Origin: Pseudomonadota bacterium
GTDB lineage: Bacteria > Bdellovibrionota > FAC87 > UBA2466
Reading direction: 5' to 3'
DNA: 26,123 bases
Assembly (NCBI GenBank): GCA_043718025.1
Contig: JAYSWN010000134.1
Span: 1-26,123, forward strand
The notes beneath the pieces are model-generated. The model was given only the letters and a program-made list of their open reading frames with translations, ran no database searches and was not told where the DNA came from. The position numbers and the translations under genes were made by a program. Below are positions 22,467 to 26,123 of this stretch, in pieces (the stretch's first letter is position 1; each line of letters opens with the position of its first letter).

Positions 22467-24790
22467 CCTCCCCACCACTGGCCAGAGCCAAGGTTGAGTG
22501 TAAAATTGGCAAAGACAAAGGGGTTTTTCGCGCTATCGCGACCGATCTTAAAGACAAATTCCCAACACGATAGCGGCTTTGTTCTGAGGTGCAGGCCCAC
22601 GGTGTATGAGCGAACTCCACCGCGGCCGCCTCCTAGAAATGAGTACTCCACCGCACCTTCGATATCGAAAACGGTCGGTAACGGGCGATAGAAACTTAGG
22701 CTAATATTCTGAACGTCGAGTGAGGGGTCCACTCGGCTTCTAAACAAAGTGCTCAGGGCAACGAAGTTGTAGGCATGTTCCTGAAATGAAATTGCCGCCG
22801 AAATTTCGGTTTCGCGAATTTGCCGACCACCGGCATTCTCTAGCTGCAGCGGGTAGACGCCCTGCATCTGTGCGTTCCAACGGCCTAACGTAACTTCGCC
22901 CAGGATTTCGATGGGGCCAATTGTTTTAGAAAATCGTGGGTCAATGCGCGATCGCTTGGAATTGAACTGCTCAGAAATTTGCAATCTGAAAAAACGCTCG
23001 ATTCCTCGCGAGCTCAATCTACGAAAACGGTTGATCAGTTCCAATCTAAAATATTCGTAGGGTTCAATTTGGTCGTGCAAATCGAACCGAGGACTTGAGA
23101 GCAATGGCGGCGTTAGGCCATTGGGAAACGATTGTCCGGGCACCAGAGTGATGGGGCGGTTTTCGTAGAAAAAGGGGTGATTTGGTGACTCGGTTTGAGC
23201 TAGGCGCGATCCGTAAATCACCCGCGGTTGAACGACATGGGCCACTTTCTCAAAATTTTCCCAGCCCAGATTGAAGGTCCGGCTGACGTACAAAGAGAAG
23301 GGAACCTCGAGATCCAGATAGGCCTGACCAGTTAACTTCGAGCTGGGCTCGGCGAAATGGTACCCCAGCAATCCTCCACGAAGAACCGGCTGTAGCTGGA
23401 CGCCATCGGGCATCGGAGGATTTCCGGTGATCTTGGGTTCAATAAAAATGCGTTGTCCGGTCCTTATGTAGTCGTTCAGGCCGGAGTCAGTGGCGGTGGC
23501 CTCATTGTTTCCAACCAATGAAATGCGGTCGGGAAGGCGATCGGTTGCATTGGCTCTCACGAAGGAGTTCACCCGGGCATCGAACTCGTAAAGTAGGTGG
23601 CGAGTGAAAATCGGTTTAGTGGTACCAAAAAACCCCAATACGGGTAGCTGACTGGTCGCCCCTTTGTCCACGCCATATTCTTTTGACAGGTAAAGCGACT
23701 GCAGGTGCTGAAGTTGCATCGTCGCCAAGTAGCTGCGAAAGGTTCGAGTCGCGGAGAAGTTCGTGCGCAAATACCCCAAGTCGGAGACGCCACCAAAATC
23801 AAAACCGTAATCTCTGGTGAAATAGGGGTGCGAAACATAGCGAAGGTTCTGAAAGGTTTTTATCCCGTTTTCAAAATTGGCAGTGTTGGAGAGGTTTATG
23901 CCGATCTCTCCGAAGATACCGAACCTCTTTTCGGGTGACGAGATTGAAGGGTCGCTGGGGTCGGCGCCGTAGCGTCGAGGAATAAGGAATAGTTTTGATT
24001 CGCCGAAGAAATTAGCCGATTTACGGTAGCGGTAGTGCACACCGAGGTGGTAACCAGCGCGGCTGAAGAGTTGCGGATAGATGGTGAGATCGTGCCACCG
24101 CCCGAGATCGGCAAAAAATGGTGGGGTGAAGGAAGACCCCAGCTCGCCGTAGTAAATGTACTGAGGAAAAAGAAAGCCAGTCTGGCGTTTGGTCTTTATC
24201 GGCAGTAAGGCGTAAGGCGCGTAAAAGACTGGGGTTTGGTGGAGTGAGAAAATACCGTCATAAATTGAGACGTAGCCTTCGATGGTGATCGAAATCTTTC
24301 GTCCGCTAATTCTCCAGGCAAAGGCACAGTTGACGACTTCGGGCCCTTCGCTAGGCGTTAATAGGCAGTTTGTGTAGCTGCCATTTTCAATTACGTAACT
24401 GTCGGTATCTACCCGGCGAATGGTTTCGCCGCTCAAGACAAGCTGCCCCCTGATCACCACCGCTTTTTCCAAGAGGATTTCGGCGTTTTTTAATGAGTAC
24501 GTGCCTTGCTCACTATAGATGGTGGCACCCTTTTCAATGATTTTAACCCTGCCAATACCCGTGGCCAGCTGGCTGGTGTAATCAACCTCAATCTTATCGG
24601 CAAAGATTTCGCGCCCCCCCTGTTTAAGGTAGGCGTCGCCAATGCCTACCGTGCGGCCGGTGGTTAGGTCTTTGGACAGGCGATTGGCCTTAAATTCAAT
24701 GCGCATTTCCGGGGGGATCGTGCCGTTTTCAGCGCGTAGCACCGCACCGACCAAAAGCGCGCAAATGAGGATAAAAATTCGAGAATTCAC
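22463..24790 (-). CDS. lptD: LPS-assembly protein LptD
   Basis: Signal peptide, OstA-like beta-jellyroll N-terminus, YTNC, PVFYAPY and KRQTGFLFP motifs, long beta-barrel with C-terminal SCW; 775 aa. Confidence 0.9.
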   Translation of the reverse strand: MNSRIFILICALLVGAVLRAENGTIPPEMRIEFKANRLSKDLTTGRTVGIGDAYLKQGGREIFADKIEVDYTSQLATGIGRVKIIEKGATIYSEQGTYSLKNAEILLEKAVVIRGQLVLSGETIRRVDTDSYVIENGSYTNCLLTPSEGPEVVNCAFAWRISGRKISITIEGYVSIYDGIFSLHQTPVFYAPYALLPIKTKRQTGFLFPQYIYYGELGSSFTPPFFADLGRWHDLTIYPQLFSRAGYHLGVHYRYRKSANFFGESKLFLIPRRYGADPSDPSISSPEKRFGIFGEIGINLSNTANFENGIKTFQNLRYVSHPYFTRDYGFDFGGVSDLGYLRTNFSATRTFRSYLATMQLQHLQSLYLSKEYGVDKGATSQLPVLGFFGTTKPIFTRHLLYEFDARVNSFVRANATDRLPDRISLVGNNEATATDSGLNDYIRTGQRIFIEPKITGNPPMPDGVQLQPVLRGGLLGYHFAEPSSKLTGQAYLDLEVPFSLYVSRTFNLGWENFEKVAHVVQPRVIYGSRLAQTESPNHPFFYENRPITLVPGQSFPNGLTPPLLSSPRFDLHDQIEPYEYFRLELINRFRRLSSRGIERFFRLQISEQFNSKRSRIDPRFSKTIGPIEILGEVTLGRWNAQMQGVYPLQLENAGGRQIRETEISAAISFQEHAYNFVALSTLFRSRVDPSLDVQNISLSFYRPLPTVFDIEGAVEYSFLGGGRGGVRSYTVGLHLRTKPLSCWEFVFKIGRDSAKNPFVFANFTLNLGSGQWWGG

Positions 24791-24878
24791 CTAGGCGATA
24801 GACACTACTTGAGGCGAGAAAGGTCGTAAATCGTCTTCCTACCGTGAAAAAGTTACTCGTACGGAGCGGTATCTCTCC

Positions 24879-24907
24879 TTGAAAAGGCTCAGCGCACTCT
24901 TTACAGT
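24879..24907 (+). promoter_or_regulatory. sigma70-type promoter (probable leaderless transcript)
   Basis: TTGAAA-N17-TACAGT ending 7 nt before ATG 24915. Confidence 0.55.
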
Positions 24908-24914
24908 GTCGACC

Positions 24915-25709
24915 ATGTCATTAGAGGAGATTACCCAGGCCACCCCTGAAGTTCCCGTAGCCGTTGTTGTTGAAGGGCCGCGAGCCTTAGTAAACACCTC
25001 GGCGCTGCGCGGCTGCGAATTGAAGCTCGCCGATAAGAGCGTTCAGGTTCATGACCTCTCGTGCATTCGCATCGTCACCGCCCCGATTGAAGGGGTTTTC
25101 GACGACGGCGTTCCGGTGGAAGCTGAATTGTGCTTAGACCGTTTGCGATTTAAGACGATGGTGGAGTTGAAGGCCCGCGGCGAAAACTATTTTAGGCTGG
25201 GCTTTACCCGGCTCGCCCATAGCGGCCTGTCTCATTTACGATCTTTTTTGTCGCCCAAAAAAGTGGGCGAGTCTTTGGTTGAGGTGGCGCGCTCTGGAGC
25301 TGTGCGCCACTATCACGGCTTGAAAGACACCGAGATTTGGTTTGAACCCGGTGGCGTGACTTTGTTCACGTTCTTGGACGATCCCGACGGGGCATCTCAA
25401 GTTCTTATTCGTCTATTGGAACCTCGCGGCCCTTTGCGTGTGGGGCGGGTGGCCAGAGCCGATTACTTAGAGTTACAGGGGCTAGATGCCGAAATTCCTC
25501 TTTTGCCTTTGAATGAACGCGATTCCTATCTCAAACTTTCTGAATGCCGCGACATCGTAACCAACATGCGACCGGCCTCGCAGGTAGAATACGACCTGAA
25601 ACAGAAGCTGCTCAGGGCGATTAGCGATACGCTCTATTCCACAAGTCATCGTGTTGAGCTGCACGTTTCTAAACCGATGCGCACCAGCTCGACTCCTTTG
25701 GACAATTAA
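24915..25709 (+). CDS. Hypothetical protein with degenerate PilZ-like N-terminal domain (264 aa)
   Basis: VHDLSCIRI (D-x-S-like) followed by beta strands and FRLGFTRL...LRSFL; no RxxxR. ATG 24915 is preferred because the TTG at 24879 coincides with the -35 box. Confidence 0.65.
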   Translation: MSLEEITQATPEVPVAVVVEGPRALVNTSALRGCELKLADKSVQVHDLSCIRIVTAPIEGVFDDGVPVEAELCLDRLRFKTMVELKARGENYFRLGFTRLAHSGLSHLRSFLSPKKVGESLVEVARSGAVRHYHGLKDTEIWFEPGGVTLFTFLDDPDGASQVLIRLLEPRGPLRVGRVARADYLELQGLDAEIPLLPLNERDSYLKLSECRDIVTNMRPASQVEYDLKQKLLRAISDTLYSTSHRVELHVSKPMRTSSTPLDN

Positions 25710-25863
25710 TTTCTGCGAGTTTTAGGCTAAACCACCGCGTAGGCATCCGTTCAACGCGTGTACATCTGCCTATCTTTTTTACGACGGACGCTACTACCAA
25801 TTCAAATCAGCGGTTGCGTTAGTTCACCGCCGGTTTTTCCGGCCAAGAATACAGCGACAAAAA

Positions 25864-25880
25864 ACGGCCTTGGCCTTGCA
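25864..25880 (+). promoter_or_regulatory. Possible sigma54 promoter
   Basis: ACGGCCTTGGCCTTGCA has GG-N10-GC spacing and a good TTGCA but a weak -24 element. Confidence 0.35.
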
Positions 25881-25936
25881 GCCTTAATACTTAGTTCAGA
25901 AATATAAATGGTACGTTTAAAGGCTAAGTTATTAAT

Positions 25937-26123
25937 ATGATGAATAAAATAAATACATTCAGCATAGTCTTGGGGCTTGTCCTGTTGTCGAACTCGTATA
26001 CGGTTCGGTCGCTTGCCGATGATCGCGATGAAAACAGTAAAGACCACGATTCAGATACGCCAACGGCGGGAACTGCGGCGAAAGACGCGGAAGCCGCCAA
26101 GCCTAAGGCTGATGAGGCCGGCA
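25937..26123 (+). CDS. 5' part of a secreted protein (runs off the window; absent from the ORF track)
   Basis: MMNKINTFSIVLGLVLLSNSYTVRSLA|DDRDENSKDHDSDTPTAGTAAKDAEAAKPKADEAG...: signal peptide then a charged low-complexity region, open to the window end. Confidence 0.8.
   Translation, partial: MMNKINTFSIVLGLVLLSNSYTVRSLADDRDENSKDHDSDTPTAGTAAKDAEAAKPKADEAG

Noticed and set aside
25802..26047. 81-aa minus-strand ORF
   Set aside because: Antisense to a better-supported signal-peptide ORF starting at 25937.
26060..26123. Hammerhead-like CTGATGAG (26109-26116) with an upstream CGAAA and GC-rich stems
   Set aside because: Stem II does not pair in register, no UH cleavage site is correctly placed, and the region reads as an open frame behind a good signal peptide. 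Sequence beyond the window could not be checked.

Overview
Gene-dense bacterial chromosomal window from a diderm (LPS) organism. Gene content suggests Bdellovibrionota or a related 'deltaproteobacterial' lineage; this is inference only. The housekeeping backbone is prfB (with its programmed +1 frameshift), surE, a LysM-M23 peptidase, a complex I operon limited to the soluble arm (nuoBCDEFGI), ihfA, an Omp85-like barrel, a patatin, an RsmI-like methyltransferase, lptD and a PilZ-like protein. Between these lie exported hypothetical proteins, a TPR/winged-helix regulator and an orphan histidine kinase with an atypical H-box. No mobile element, CRISPR array, tRNA or rRNA was found. Most notable unexplained signals: (1) a lipoprotein with four Cys pairs placed in exact mirror symmetry, predicting a long disulfide-laddered beta-hairpin; (2) a structured ncRNA candidate at 870-1015 whose hairpin loop is complementary to the 5'UTR of that lipoprotein gene; (3) sigma54-type promoters in front of the Cys/Gly-rich exported proteins; (4) an apparently exported protein with tandem GGDEF/palm-like motifs (SGDD); (5) a recurring -10 box 5-7 nt before ATG, suggesting leaderless mRNAs.
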